A DNA stretch of 64,000 nt from assembly GCA_036785375.1 (NCBI GenBank), contig JAWMAR010000329.1, forward strand, positions 372,001-436,000, written 5' to 3'. Shown one piece after another: positions 50,213 through 63,519 of the stretch. Below the pieces are notes generated by a model. It was not told where the DNA came from and searched no databases. It saw only the letters and a list, made by a program, of their open reading frames with translations. A program made the translations under genes and the position numbers. This DNA comes from Leucoraja ocellata. Lineage: Eukaryota. Numbering within the stretch: position 1 is the stretch's first letter; each line of letters starts with the position of its first letter.

Positions 50213-51556
50213 GTGTGAAAACCTTGCCCCTCTCACCTGCTGCAGTCCAGTATTAGATTTTTCCACCCAGAGAAAAAGGTTCTGCATCTATCCTATCTAT
50301 GGCTCTCATAATTCTATATACTTCTATCAGGTCTCCCCTCAACCTCCGGCGTTCCAGAGAAAACAATTCAAGCTTGTCCAACCTCTCCCTGTAGCTAATA
50401 TCCTAATCCAATCCAATCCAAGCAGCATTCTGTAAATTGCCCCTAGTGTGTAGAGTGTGGATGTGAAAGCTGGATAACATAGAACAGGTGTGAACAGGTG
50501 CCAACAGGTCGGCGTGGACTTGGTGGGCCGAAGGGCCTGTTTCCATGCTGTATCTTTCAATCATTTAATCAATCAATAAGAAACAAACATTCCAACTTTG
50601 AATTTTGTAAAACTTGCTCCTTGGTAGCCAATTTCAACCCAGTAAACTCGAACCTGGCTAGCGTCACAGAACCTGCTGACATCTCGTCATTTAAATCTGG
50701 GATCCTTAGGCTCTGCGTTACACAGGTACTGCATAAAAGCACTGACCTGCTCGAGACAGTAATATTACATTTAAAGTTAAATTCATTTTACATATATTCC
50801 ACCTGCTGTTACTGTATATTACATCCTAGAGAGTGAAAAACAAAAACCAATGCAGATGCTGGAAATTGAAAATGCTGAAAAAATATCAACAGGTCAGGCA
50901 GCATTTGTGGAAAGAGAAACCGGTCTAATGTTTGAGGTTTCACTCTTCATTCTGCCAAAGGGTCTTTTGACCTAAAGGGATAACTCCCTTTCTCCCTCCA
51001 TAGATGCTGCATGATATTGTTCCGTGTTTCCAGCATTTTCCACTTTTATTGAGAGGCAGAGAGGTCTCCAGCTCTGAGTTTGCAATCAAATTCAGGCAAG
51101 ACAGCAAAGGAGCCTGCAGAAGCAATGGCAAGCTGTTTAGGAAAACAAATGGAAAATTTCAAGACTAAATAGAGAAATATCTTTTCAGTTTCATTTTCCA
51201 CTTCACCAATCAGTGTGCAGTGCAGAATCCGCACCTACTTGGATGTAAGCCGATGGAGCAGAATCCTCAGAAATATTATTCAGATTCAATCCCTGATCTT
51301 CAGGGTATATATGAATTTCTGGCCTAATATATGTAATAAAGGACTGATATAAGGATGGTTGCTACTTTGTGCAACTTGACTTGGTTGGAAAACATATTGA
51401 GAAATGCAACATTGACATCTATTGGTGCTATTAAGCATTACACTGTCACTTTCTGACCTTTTTACAATTTTAATCACAAAATGATTTTATTTTATCAATA
51501 TGCAACTGAAACTCAGCATATCCAGAGGGAAGCACTGTAATGGCAATTTCTGGCTT

Positions 51557-51855
51557 TTTAGACTTTAGACTTTAGAGATACCGCGCGGAAACAGGCCCTT
51601 CGGCCACCGTGTCCGTGCTGACCACCGCTTACACTGGCACTATCCTACACACTTGGGATAATTTACAATTTTACTGGTCAATTAATCCGCAAACTTGTAT
51701 GTCTTTGACATGTGGGAGGAAACCGGAGCACCCGGAGAAAACCCACGCAGTCATAGGGAGAACGTATAAACTCCATACAGACAGCATCCGTAGTCAGGAT
51801 CGAACCTGGGTCCCTGCCGCTGTACGGCAGCAACTCAACTGCCGTGCCACTGTGT
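51557..51855 (-). mobile_element. HE1-like V-SINE
   Basis: Same head, V-domain (tctccgggtgctccggtttcctcccaca) and tail as 8085-8395. Confidence 0.85.
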
Positions 51856-53799
51856 TACCCGTTCTACATTATTCAGAAAATATTTCCTGGCATTTTCTTG
51901 CATCGGTCTACCTTGCCACCATGCCACAAATTCCCCTGATGTCATTCTGCATGCAACACTTAATTTGGAGCAGCGCAGGGGAACTTGTCCTGTGGGTGCT
52001 GATGAGACAACATGGTCTTTCCAGCACTGAATCCCAAATGAGTCAACGCTATGAAGAGAAATATTTTCCTTCAGTCCGTCCAGAGTCCATGACTCCTTGT
52101 GGGTGCAGTAGAATTTCCAGAGAATGGTCTAACCTTTGATCTTATACCTAAGCTATAATGTTGTGAAAGCACACTTTACCTATGTTTTGAAAAAAATGTA
52201 CTCAGTGATGCACAGCCATATATTTACTTTTGAGCCAATTTATTCCATTGCCCCCTTTCCAGAAATGAAGGATCCTTGAAAATTCTCACAACTGGAGCAA
52301 ATTGTTCAGCCAATTTAGCCTAAGAGAAATTTCCACTTGGTTCCCATGGGCAACATAGCATCTGAAGTCAGAAGAATATGTTCCGGGATTCTGGCAATGG
52401 CTTATCATAAACAATCATTCGGAGGAGTTCAGAAGTACCCAAGGGACCTTTGATCTTCAGCTCTCCCACTGTAAACGAATGGGAGAGCACCATGACTACT
52501 GTGCTGAGATCAAGACTTCAACATTAGGAAGAGCTCTCCTGCAAACTTCCAGCCATTTCCCATTTCTCATGGACTGTTTCCAGGACTTTGTCACACAGAA
52601 GTGTTGTATTTACCCACAACAATGACTGCACGATGTTTAAAAATGTAAGCTGTTCCTTGCTCTAAATCTACCAATCCCTCCCGTCCCTTCATCATTAAGG
52701 ATTATTGTCCCATATAAAGGATTCTACATGATAAATGTAAGTTGCTGCTTGAACAGGTATTGACTAATGTGCATAGTTTAGGATTTTGATCATAATCTTC
52801 AAAGTGATTCTGTCAATGGGGATCATTCAGAAATTCTGATGGATATCTTCCATTCTTATACTTTGGCTCGCCCTTCTGGAAATAGTATCCAATCTGAGTG
52901 AGTGTGCACTTACATGCAAGAGTGGCGTCACCCACATAAACACACACAAACAGGGCAGGTTGCTAGGCACCTGTGGAATATTTCCAATAGGGCTACGCTC
53001 AAACTATGCACACAGCACCACTGATGCATGCATGTAATCCATTGACACAGGTGGTTTGTGACAGGTACAGGTCAACTGATCCTGGAGGTAATGGTGTCCT
53101 CCACAAGCCGGCATCTCCTTCAAAGCTGACATTTACTGCCCGTTCTAATTACCCTTGAGAAGATGGCAGTGAATCACCTTCCTGAACTCCTGGAGTTCTT
53201 CTGTTGAAGACACTCCCAAAAGCATTGTTAGATAGAACATTTCAAGATTTAAATACAGTGGCAAAGGTCTTCCATTTACAAATCCTGAAGCTGTGTTACC
53301 TGGAGAGTAATGTGCACGTGATAATATCCCCACCTGTTTGTGATCTTGCTCTTCCAGGTGGCAGAGGTCACAGGGTTAGGAGGTGCTTTTTACTAGCTGT
53401 TCCACTGTACCATCCAAATTGGCAGCAGGACTTCAGGAAAGTGCTTGAAACACTCAGCAGGTCAGGCAGCATCTGTGGAAAGAAAAAAATACTGATTAGG
53501 TCTTTAACCTACTTCAGCACATTGTCTTACTCCAGCACATCATTTTCTTAAAAAAGGGACACAAAATGCTGGAGTAACTCAGAAGTGCAGAAGAAGGGTC
53601 TCCACCCAAAACTTTACATATCCATCTGAGCCACTGAGTTACTCCAGCACTTTGGGTCTTTTTTCAAGAAAATAAAATCTTGATTGACTCATCTCTGTAA
53701 GCCTGGTTCCAATGAAGTCCACAGATTTTTTGATTTTAGTAAGTGTTAACCATTGTTCGATATTTAAGATATATGCATAACAGAGACACATATAAGGAA

Positions 53800-54610
53800 A
53801 ATATATGATATTGATATGCCATTTATTGTCACTATACATGTACAGTGAAACTGAAAGCTGCTCGTACTCAGTGCATACATACAATTTAGCACAAAAAACA
53901 AGAAACAGAAAAAACAAAAAACAGAAGGGAGATGGGGGGGGGGGGGGGAATAGGTGCACAAATTCTGCGGCGCTACATACATATATACATATATACAGAT
54001 GGAAGTCCGTGTTGGGCGGTGTAGTCAGTGCATGTGTGAATTTGAATTTATAGTAGATATAATTCTCGGAAAGCAACTATTCCTGAGTCTGTTTGTCCTG
54101 GATTTGATGCACCTATAGCGCCTTCCAGAGGGCAGCAGGTCGAACAGTCCAAACGCAGGATGGGAGCTGTCTTTGATGATATTCTTTGCCCTGCTAAGGC
54201 AGCGGGAGGTGTAGATGTCCATCAGGGAGGGGAGAGGGCAGCCAATGATCCTCTGCGCTGTCCTGGTTACCCTCTGAAGCCTCTCCCTGTCTGCCATGGT
54301 GCAGCTGCGATACCATGCTGTAATGCAGTATGTCAGCAGGCTCTCGATGGACGAGCGGTAGAAGGTCAGCAGCAGGTTAGAGTCCAGGTTGTGCTTCCTG
54401 AGGACCCTCAGGAAGTGCAGCCGCTGCTGAGCCTTCTTGATGACCGCTGTCGTGTTGTCCGTCCAGGAGATGTCAGCCGCGATATGGACGCCGAGAAACC
54501 GGAAGGTGTTGACCCTCTCCACACACTCGCCGTTGATGTGTAGGGGGGCTAAATCGGTGCTGTGCCTCCTGAAGTCGACAATGAGCTCTTTTGTTTTCCT
54601 GGTGTTCAGA
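53800..54610 (-). mobile_element. Rex1/Babar-like LINE 3' fragment, relatively young
   Basis: Uninterrupted ORF LNTRKTKELIVDFRR...FLGVHI...AQQRLHFLR...FYRSSIESLLTYCITAWY...LPSGRRYR; CpGs retained; 3' UTR and (ATATC)n-like tail. Confidence 0.9.
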
Positions 54611-54974
54611 GCCAGTGGATGTAGAAATTTCTCCACACTCCGTCAACTTTGAGAGTTGTCTGAAAGAAATATGGTGCTGGAATGGCTCAACCCAATTGGG
54701 AACTCAACTTTGACATTTTTATGCAGGATTTTTATTCACACTCGTACCTATTTTTCAGTGTAAAACACTCTCAATTGGCATCAACATCAGTGTAAGTCAC
54801 AAAACTCATCACATGTGATTCTTCAAATGTCATCAATCTGAAAGATGACTGTCTTCATCTGCACATTGAACAACCAGTTTTAATTAACATCATTTTCCAC
54901 AAAACCAGATCACTGAACGGAGCAGAGTATTTCCCCTCATTCCTACACTCATCTCTGATCCCCGAGTCCCTCAT

Positions 54975-55325
54975 TTCCCTTGCATTCTCCCCTCTTTCCA
55001 CTTTCCCCTGTTGCCTTCCACCTATACTCCTCCCTTAGGTTTTACATTTCACTCCTCTCCTCTACTTATCTGACATTCTTACATCTCTTTTTCACCTCTC
55101 GCCTTTGTCACTTGTTCCGCCTATCTGCCCATTAACCACCACTCCGTCACTTGCCAGGTATTGTCCCACCCCCTACCTCTCTTTTCTAGCATTTTCCCCC
55201 TTACTACAATCAATCTGAAGAAGGGTCCTGACCCAAAATGTCCAGTCCTTCCACAGATGTTGCCTGACCTACTGAGTTCCTCCAGGACTTTGTGTTTTGC
55301 TCACGATTCCAGCATCTACCATTCC
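54975..55325 (+). mobile_element. Penelope-like 3' UTR plus terminal repeat
   Basis: Pyrimidine-rich UTR followed by ctgaagaagggtcctgacccaaaatgtcc and the terminal repeat. Confidence 0.6.
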
Positions 55326-55491
55326 TCGTATCGTCAAGGAAGGAGAGTTCATTCACTTTTTCTGCAACTAACACAAATGGGAAGTGCGGAGATTTGTCTG
55401 CAATGCAAGATTCCTTGGAGCGCAAGGTGCCTGGTGCACATTTGTCAAATTACTGCTTATAGAAACCTGCCTGACAACTACCAGCTGGTAG

Positions 55492-55730
55492 CCACAAATG
55501 CTGGAATAACTCAGCGGGACAAACAGCATCCTGGGAGTGAAGGAATGGGTGACGTTTTGGGTCGAGACTCTTCTTCAGACTGAGAATGACCAGAAAGGAA
55601 GTGTCTGGGTCTGAAGAAGGGTCTCGAACATCACCCATCCATTTTCTCCAGAGATGCTGCCTGTCCCACTGAGTTACTCCAGCATTTGTGTCTATCTTCG
55701 ATTTAAACCAGCACCTGCAGTTCTTTCTTA
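55492..55730. mobile_element. Inverted pair of Penelope-derived terminal repeats
   Basis: Arms ~55492-55581 and ~55606-55697 are reverse complements; both carry ctgaaga motifs. Confidence 0.85.
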
Positions 55731-56769
55731 CACGGGCTGTACCTGCTGGCTGTGCCTGACTGCCAGCGTTAAAGGGTCTCTTTGCAGAAAGAACGTAGCT
55801 CCTACAGAAGATAGACAAAAAGTATATCTGTAGGATCGCAAAGCCTGTGCTTGGTCTCACCGATGTAGAGATAGGCCTAGTTATTAGTGGTTTTCAGTGA
55901 GAAGCACCTGCCCCATTGCTTGTAAGGCAAAACTCCGTGCCTCAGGGTCCTTTCTAAATTGGTACAGGATATTTGTGAGGGATGATGGACATACCCTTGA
56001 ATTGCAATTCACTAAGGAGCACCCATAGTTCCTGATGCCCTGGATAAATTACTGGAGATACTGGAGAATCTCTAGATTTCAAAACAGCCTTATCAGTGCT
56101 AGACTATGTGCATCCTCTGTCCCTCTGTGGCTAAACGAGCAGAGGAAAGGCTATGTGCTAATTTGTTTGTGAGCTCTATTCAATCATGTGTAATGGGAGG
56201 ATTTTGCAAAAGAAAATGTGGTGCTCTATGGCTGCTGTTGACCCTTTGAACATCATCACTGTCTGAAAGCATCTTCTCAAGTCTGAACATGGTTCCTTTG
56301 TGAAATAGCTCTTACATTGTTCATAACTTGGAAGTTGTGCATTAGTGACTGTGGCACCTTCACCCACAGCCCCAACCCAAAATATAGCCGATGAATGTCC
56401 ACCAGAGATGTTGCCTGTCCTGTTGAGTTACTCCTTTGTGTGCTGCTGAATAAATCTTTTCTGCCTGGTGTTCCCCCATCGTCTTTCTCTTCTGCCCTCC
56501 CCTCCCCACATCTCAAAACCTGTCCCAACTCTAACTTTGTGAAGTTCTGTGGAAGGGTCTTTAAATTTGAAAAGGCCATTGCTGTTTCCCTCCCATTCCT
56601 AGTCTTCAGAGATGTTGCCTGTCCCGCTGAGTTACTCCAGCATTTAGTGTCTGTCTCCCTCCTCACAGATGCTGAATTGGATCTTCAGCAGGTCCAAGCC
56701 AAAGATACTAGCTCTTCTAGCATCTTTGGTCGTATCTTTGGGTCCAAGCTTCCTGGGCCCCTCCTTCTC

Positions 56770-57240
56770 CCTTGTGGGGCGCAGCGAGTGCAGTACAGGG
56801 CCGCCAACAGGCGGGGGCGCTAGAGAACCGGCCATCCTTGACCCCTGACCCGGAAATGTGCCGGCTGTTCCTGGAGACCGGCTCAAGATGGCGGCCGCCT
56901 TTCGCAAGGCGCAGAAATCGGTGCAGCGGGACCACCGGGAGCGGAGCCAGGTGGGGACGGGGACGGGGATGGGGATGGGAAAGGGAAGAATGAGAGGGAG
57001 GCACCGGGCAAGGAGCCGAATAGGCAATGGCTGCGTCTTCAGCGAGCCGGCCCGGGACAGAGCGCATCGTCCACTCAGTGCTCCCGGTGCCCGGGCAGGA
57101 CGTGGCGCCGGCGGTGGCGGCGGCGGCAGCGGCAGCAGGAGCAGCCAAAGATCCTATAGCAGAGGATCTTTGGCAGCAGCAGGAGGAGGAGGAGGAGGCG
57201 CTGTCCACGGGGGGAGATCTTTCCCCTACCGCCACCTGCC
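56770..57240 (+). promoter_or_regulatory. CpG-island promoter of UTP11
   Basis: Sharp rise in GC and CpG; GC box (ggcgggg ~56809), ETS-like ccggaa (~56850), YY1 consensus CAAGATGGCGGC (56884-56895) overlapping the start codon, as is typical of housekeeping ribosome-biogenesis promoters. Confidence 0.8.
56888..56950 (+). CDS. UTP11: UTP11 (U3 snoRNA-associated protein 11, SSU processome), coding exon 1
   Basis: ATG in caagATGG context translates MAAAFRKAQKSVQRDHRERSQ, matching the vertebrate UTP11 N-terminus (MAAAFRKAAKSRQREHRERSQ); ends CAG|GTGGGG; 63 nt, phase 0. Confidence 0.96.
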
Positions 57241-57889
57241 TCTCTCATCAGCCCTCGTCTTCTTTACTCTTGGGGTCCTGAACCCAACATCTCAGCAGCC
57301 CCTCAACCATTGGAAGGTCTGGGCACCTTGGACACCGAGTAGCTCAGTACATTCAGTTATTGAGTCAGATCTTAATCTCTAATATCTTTCCTATCCACGT
57401 ACATGTCCATTTAAAAAAAAACCTGCATTACCACTTCCTCTAGCATCTTGTACCACATACCCACTACCCTCTTGTAAGAAATATTTGTCCCTCAATCCCC
57501 GTTTAAATCTTCCACTCTGACCGTAAATCTAAGAAAGAGACTGACCATGTGCTTTTTGATTTATCTTGCGTCTATAAGGTAACCTCTCCAGTCCTGATAA
57601 CATTGGTGGGCACAAGGATCTACAGGTGCTGGATTACCAAAAAAAAGACAAAATGCTGGACTAACTCAGAATGTCAGGAAGCCTCTCTGGTGAACACTTC
57701 CTCCAATTCTGCCTCTTGCAAAGATGATATCCCCCAACATTCAATTTCCTCCTCTCCACCACATCTGTTCCCAAGTATTGTAAACGTGCCCCCCCCCCCC
57801 CCCCCGGCTGTCATAGATCAATCCCTCACCCACACCTCCTCCCTGTCCATTAGTTCTGCTTTCATTCTCTCCCCCCCCCCCCCCCCCCG

Positions 57890-58240
57890 ATGAAACAAGG
57901 ATAAAGTTCCCCTGGTCCTCGTCTTTCATGCCACAGCCTCCACATTCAACACATCACCCTCCGACATTTCTGTGAACTCAAATAAGATTCCACCATCAAT
58001 CACATCATCCCATTTTCACCTAATGCACAGACTGCTCCCTCTGCAATTCCTTGTTTCACTCATTCCATCCCACCCAAACCATCTGCTTCCCAGGGACTTT
58101 CCCCCGCAACCGTAAGTGATGTAACACCCGTCCCTATACATCTTCCCTTTGCTGAAAGATCCCGACTGGAAACATCACCGATCCATGTTCTCCGGAGATG
58201 CTACCTGACCCGCTGAGTTACTCCAGCACTGTGTCTTTTT
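57890..58240 (+). mobile_element. Penelope-like fragment in UTP11 intron 1
   Basis: Degenerate homology to the reverse complement of 20810-21070 (KVPLVLVFH..., GTFPRNRK*CNT) followed by the terminal repeat. Confidence 0.6.
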
Positions 58241-59328
58241 CTGATAACATTGGCAATTACTATTGATGATTGTTTTGGAAGTGTAAAGATCACTCTTGCC
58301 CAGTGGTACAGCTCATTATTCTATACATGATTGAGAGGTTGCAGTGTTGATTGTGTCATCTTTTAGCCAAGACATTAAAATATGGTCCCATCTACTGATC
58401 CAGATTATTGTAAAGATTTAAGTTTAAAATCTTAACCTAGGATCTTGTAAAAGTTCCCATGACAGAAGTGCACAAACAATTTCATAGATTTTCTGACCAT
58501 ATTTATTTGAAAGAAGATTATTTCTTCATTATCTCGCTGCTATTTTAGCAGCTTGTTGTATGTACATTGGCTGCGGTGTTCCCTACATGTCAAGTCTGGG
58601 ACGTCAGAAATAAATCATAAAGTGCTCTAAGATATTTTGAAAGTGATGTGAAAGGCACTTTACATCTATTATTCTTTATTCTTTTTGAGTGAAATTAAGT
58701 AAACACACACGCACCTAGGTGTGCATGCATACTTAGCACTGAGAAGTCGAATTTCTGTTGTGGATATAATATAATATTCAAATCTTTAACTGCTCTGTTT
58801 GTAAAATTAACAGCTGTGCACAGCCTTAAATGACCCAAGTGTGTTTGATGCAAATGGTAAATGAGATGTTTTCCTATAATCGATGAATTAAAGCAGAAGT
58901 CTATTTACCAACCTGTAATAAATGTGATTATATAGACGGGAGGTAATTCTTGAACTTCATCAATCTCTGCCACCTCTTTGGACATTTGCTTGTACAAATT
59001 GTATTCACCATGGATGTAAATGCCTACCTCTTATGTTTGGCATCATCCATGTATAATAATTTTTTTTTATTTTTAAGTTGGTCAACATGATTTTCACAAG
59101 CACTGCAAACTGGACATTTTACTGATTAATCAACAATTATGTTTACAGTTAGGCAAATAATCCAATTTTATCAGTGCAATTATATCTCATGAATAATACC
59201 ATTATACCATGCCAAGTTATAAGAGAGTGTATCATTTCAATTGTATGTACTTGCACAACCATAGAATTTCACAATTTTACAAACATTTCTATATTTTCTG
59301 GTAACATACTTTTTCCGTATTTTTACAG

Positions 59329-59390
59329 CTTGGATTTCGAAAACAACTGGGCTTTTTGGAGAAGAAGAAAGATTACCAGATCCGTGCACA
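59329..59390 (+). CDS. UTP11: UTP11 coding exon 2
   Basis: Acceptor ttttccgtatttttacag|, translates LGFRKQLGFLEKKKDYQIRA(Q), donor CA|GTGAGT; 62 nt, in frame with exon 1; GxLEKKKDY motif of the Utp11 family. Confidence 0.96.
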
Positions 59391-59549
59391 GTGAGTGCCT
59401 CATGAACCATAAAGCCAAAGCATTTGGTGTGAATTATTTGTCATAATTAAAAAAAAAATTAAACTACAGATGCTGAAAACGTGGAATAAAAATAGGAAGT
59501 GCTGGAAATACATAGCAGCTCAGGCAGCATCTTTTGCCTCTCATAATTT

Positions 59550-60545
59550 TATATACTTTTATTATATGCTTCTACCAAATCTCCCCATAATCTCCGATGA
59601 CCAAGAGAAAACAATCCCAATCTATTCAACCTCTCCTTGTAGCTGTAGCAGAAACCTTCTAATCCAGGCATAATTCTGGTAAATCTCATACCCTCTCCAA
59701 AACCTCTGCATTGTTCATGTAATGGGGTGACTAGAACTGTACGCAATACTCCAAATGCAAGCTATCCAAGGTCTAATAGAGCTGCATCATGACTTCCTGA
59801 CATATTCAATGCCCCTTGTGCTGCCACCTTCAGTGAGCTATGAACCTGGACTCCAAGACTCCAAGATCCCCATGCATATCAATGCTGTTAAGGGTACTGC
59901 CATTAACTGTAAACTCTCTCCTTGCATGCAGCACCCAAAGCACCTTGCACTTACCTGGGTTAAACTCCATCAGTCATTTCTCTGCCCATTTCTCCAGCTG
60001 ATATACATCCCACTACATGGTTTAGGACCAAAGTATATCACTGACATGCTTCCACTACATAAGCCTTCTAGACCGCTAAGATCTTCTGAAACCAATCTGT
60101 TAGTGATGCTTAGAGTAAATGCAAAACATGGGAAAGCAGGATTTAGTTACTAGGCAACAAATAGCTGGAATAAACTTCCTGAAGATTTAAGACTTGCCTC
60201 AACTTTGACCACTTTTAAAACAAGACTGAAAACTTTTATGTTTACTTTAGCTTTCAGCTAAATCTTAACTGCATTGCACTTTTTAACTTTTGCACTTTTT
60301 ATAATGCATTTTTAATTTTGCTTTTCTTTTCTTGTAATTCTTCTATTTTATTTCATTTTATTATTTCATTTTATTGTATGACATGTTTTTATGTGAAGCA
60401 CTTTGAGTGCCTCGTGTATGAAATGTGCTATATAAATAAAGTTGCCTTGCCTTGCCTATCTTTTGGCAGCATTCCCCACTGTCTGAAATCTGTCTACATT
60501 TACGTCTAGGTCATTTGTACCTATCACAAAAGCAGACGTCTCAGC
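59550..60545 (-). mobile_element. Decayed CR1 fragment interrupted by an L2-like 3' end
   Basis: Minus strand RFTRIMPGL..YKERLNRLGLFSL..RRLWGDL; CR1-like sequence resumes after 60456. Confidence 0.7.
60011..60456 (+). mobile_element. L2-clade LINE 3' fragment
   Basis: LHGLGPKYITDML..SRPLRSSETNLL..GKAGFSY*A..SWNKLPEDLR..FKTRLKT; 3' end aagcactttgag...tatataaataaa and (CCTTG)n tail. Confidence 0.8.
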
Positions 60546-61116
60546 AAAGATTTTCTTATGTGTTCTCTCTAACTACCCTCATTCCACTATTAAATTGAAG
60601 ACTCAGAAAGCACTGCAACATTTGGACAACCTTAGACACTCCTGTAGTTCTCTCCACTCTCCTCTTCTGGAAGTTATCATGATGGACTGAAATGTTAACT
60701 CACTCTTTCTCTATGGGTACTGCATGATCTAATTTTCCTGCATTGCCAATTTTATTTGTCATAGTTTTTACTTTGCAAGACTTTAAAATTCAATATTTGG
60801 ATATCTTTGTCTACATGTTGTATTCTAGTTCCTTTGCAAGTTACTCAGTGCTGTGGTAAGATGTGCATTATTCTTTTTGACTGATTTGTTTGGGGTTTTA
60901 TCAAAGAAGGATTAGTGTAATTTTCTCTTATTTTTGTTTGCTATGCAATTATTATCCGCAGGAGAGTCGTACAGCTTGGAAACAGGACTGTCGGTCCATG
61001 TCGAGCATGATGCCCCATCTACACCAGTGGCATCTGCCCACATTTAGCTCAAGCTCTGTCCCTATTCATGTACTTGTCCAAATGTCTCAAATGTTGTCAA
61101 TGTAATCATTGTGTGA

Positions 61117-61390
61117 TTTAGTTTAGAGGTACAGTACAGAAACAGGCCCTTCGACCCACCGTCTACCCCAACCATCAATCACCTATTCACACTAGTTCTG
61201 AGTTATCCCACTTTCCCATCCACTTCCTATACAATGGGGGTAATTTAGAGGCCGATTAACCTACATATCTTTGGGATATGGGAGGAAACTGGAGTGCCTG
61301 GAAAAAGCCAACATAGTCACAGGGAGAAATTGCAAACTCCACACAGACAGCACCCAAAGTCAAGATTGAACCCAGGTCTCTGGCACTGAA
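61117..61390 (-). mobile_element. HE1-like V-SINE in UTP11 intron 2
   Basis: Reverse-complement match to the same family. Confidence 0.8.
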
Positions 61391-61563
61391 CCAGAGAAAT
61401 GTATTTGGCTCATTGAGTTCCTGCTGGTTCTGTATAAGAATGTGACTTTCTAAGGTCCTTGATAGTATCTAAATATTTAAGATAGATATTTCATGAAACA
61501 TTTATTTGGTAATTCCAACTTGTCCTCTATGTAATCTTGATAATTTATTATTGTGCTTTTCAG

Positions 61564-61666
61564 AAACTACCATCGCAAACAAAATGTCTTAAAGGCACTA
61601 CGCCAAAAGGCATTAGATAAAAATCCAGATGAATTTTACTTTCGAATGACCAGCAATAAACTCCAG
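61564..61666 (+). CDS. UTP11: UTP11 coding exon 3 (gene continues beyond window)
   Basis: Acceptor tgcttttcag|, translates (Q)[34 protein letters not shown] with the KNPDEFY motif, donor CAG|GTGAGA; 103 nt, phase compatible with exon 2. Confidence 0.96.
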
Positions 61667-61935
61667 GTGAGATTTTTAAGGTACTGAAAGTTTGATTTGT
61701 TCAAAAGAGATGGGGAGAAGAGTCCTTTTCCACATCTTATCTCTAAATAATAATATGGACCCTAGATGGCCAACAAAATGATCTTGCCTTTGAACCAAAT
61801 GAACCACTTGGGACATCCTCTCCTATCCAGATACAACCAGACAAAGTGCCGGATGTTCCGCTAACTTTATGCATTTCCAAATGTTTCTTGCAAAAAATCA
61901 ATTAATCAGCATGAAGAAGGCTCTAAACCCTAAAG

Positions 61936-63007
61936 CAAAGAGTAGGAGTGAACGGGTCCTTTTCACAATGGCAGGCAGTGACTAGTGGGGTACCGCAAGG
62001 CTCCGTTCTGGGACCCCAGCTATTTACGATATATATTAATGATTTGGATGAGGGAATTGAATGCAACATCTCCAAGTTTGCGGATGACAGGAAGCTGGGG
62101 GGGGCAGTGTTAGCTGTGAGGAGGATGCTAGGAGGCTGCAAGGTGACTTGGCTAGGCTGGGTCAGTGGGCAAATGCATGGCAGATGCAGTATAATGTGGA
62201 TAAATGTGAGGTTATCCACTTTGGTGGCAAAAACAGGAAAGTAGATTATTATCTGAATGGTGGCTGATTAGGAAAGGGGGAGATGCAACGAGACCTGGGT
62301 GTCATGGTACACCAGTCATTAAAAGTAGGCATGCAGGTGCAGCAGGCAGTGAAGAAGGCGAATGGTATGTTAGCATTCATAGCAAAAGGATTTGAGTATA
62401 GGAGCAGGGAGGTTCTACTGCAGTTGTACAGGGTCTTGGTGAGACCACACCTGGAATATTGCGTACAGTTTTGGTCTCCTAATCTGAGGAAAGCCATTCT
62501 TGCCCTAGAGGGAGTACAGAGAAGGTTCACCAGGCTGAATCCTGGGATGTCAGGACTTTCATATGAAGAAAGACTGGATAGACTCGGTTTGTACTCACTA
62601 GAATTTAGAAGATTAAGGGGGGATCTTATAGAAACTTACAAAATTCTTAAGGGGTTGGACAGGCTAGATGCAGGAAGATTGTTCCCGATGTTGGGGAAGT
62701 CCAGAACAAGGGGTCATAGTTTAAGGATAAGGGGGAAATCTTTTAGGACCGAGATGAGGAAAAGTTTTTTCACACAGAGAGTGGTGAATCTCTGGAATTC
62801 TCTGCCGCAGAAGGTAGTTGAGGCAAGTTCATTGGCTATATTTAAGAGGGAGTTAGGCGTGGCCCTTGTGGCTAATGGGATCAGGGGGTATGGAGAGAAG
62901 GCAGGAACAGGATACTGAGTTGGATGATCAGCCATGATCATATTGAATAGCGGTGCAGGCTCGAAGGGCCGAATGGCCTACTCCTGCACCTATTTTCTAT
63001 GTTTCTA
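61936..63007 (+). mobile_element. CR1 LINE 3' fragment in UTP11 intron 3
   Basis: [62 protein letters not shown]; typical CR1 3' UTR. Confidence 0.92.
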
Positions 63008-63519
63008 AACGTCACCCATTCCTTCTCTCCAGAGATGATGCCTGTCCCGCTGAGTTACTCAAGCATTTGGTGTCTACCTTTAATTATTTATATTGGTCTG
63101 CTAGTTCCATTAGCTTTGCTGAGAAAAAAATAAACAGATCACGATGCAAAAAAGGAAGCCAAATTTTGCTCCCCAAGTCTATTTCTATGTGCATGAATGG
63201 ATGTTAACCCAGTAGAGACCAATTTGACGTTGGTGGTGTTCATGATCCCTGACCCCACACTGCCAGACATCTGTAAACATCACATCACAAGCTGCTTGAT
63301 ATCCTGGGCAATTATACCGTTTTATATTATTCAGAATTCTAGGATCTGCTTAATAGCTGAGCATCTACAATCCTCTGTGGTAGACAATTTCAAATATTTG
63401 CAATCCTTTCTATGAGCAAATACCTATGCCTCACTACCAACTGGCTGTCTGGATTTTCTAAGATTGCCATGACTTCAAATACCCCATTCAAGGATGTATG
63501 TTGTAGCATCTGCAATGTT

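Noticed and set aside
1-56700. FHL3 LIM-domain coding exons expected from synteny
   Set aside because: No CxxC...HxxC LIM pattern found in the ORF track or by reading, so no gene symbol was assigned
56858-57382. 174-aa ORF as a single-exon gene
   Set aside because: Only 56888-56950 matches UTP11; the rest is read-through into intron 1 past a GT donor
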